From the NCBI GenBank assembly GCA_030704615.1, contig CM060733.1, forward strand, positions 1,736,001-1,800,000: a stretch of DNA of 64,000 nucleotides, in the 5' to 3' direction. Below, one piece after another: positions 63,749 to 64,000 of this stretch. Source of the stretch: Takakia lepidozioides (taxonomy: Eukaryota; Plantae; Bryophyta). The notes below the pieces were generated by a model that did no database searches, had not been told where the DNA came from, and saw nothing but the letters and a program-made list of their open reading frames with translations. Every line of letters begins with the position of its first letter. Positions within the stretch are counted from its first letter, which is position 1. The position numbers and the translations under genes are program-made.

Positions 63749-64000
63749 GTTGCAATTCAGGAGGCTTTTTTCCTTTTGGACTTTCTTTCTCTGTCTTTCT
63801 CTGTCATAAGTCCTACTGCCCAAGCAAGCTTTCAGGGATGGTAGTGCGCCTGTACAGCTCTAATGAGTAGTTTTCCCCCTCTTCTAATACTGAGATACTC
63901 CCACGGCGACTGTGTTGCGCCCGCTTTCATTGTATTCTTAGCCTCTTCCCCTTTCTTCTCTGTCCAAACAGAGCTGACCTGAATTCTACTGCAAGGAGTG

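Overview
Eukaryotic, transposon-dense plant DNA, most likely from a non-seed land plant (inferred from the transposase and gene sequences; the host cannot be fixed from this window). Two spliced host genes are visible: a GT34-family glycosyltransferase (18007-20692, +) and the 5' part of TRAPPC11 (58274 to beyond the window end, +). The rest is nested transposable elements: a decayed MULE/SWIM transposase cut off by a ~2 kb array of ~38 GC hairpins, a CACTA end, a full-length young chromovirus (9095-16045, with LTRs, TSD, PBS and PPT), a hAT MITE, a tRNA-like SINE pair, an L1-like remnant, two convergent Ty3/gypsy 3' halves carrying a long accessory ORF, a hAT transposase C-terminus and a microsatellite-associated non-LTR insertion. 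The standout is a Ty3/gypsy element (~44420-56745, +) whose polyprotein reads Gag - Zn knuckles - protease - DNMT3-like C5 cytosine methyltransferase - RT - RNase H - integrase - PHD finger, i.e. a retrotransposon carrying both a DNA methylation writer and a histone reader. All domain calls come from reading motifs by eye, not from database searches.
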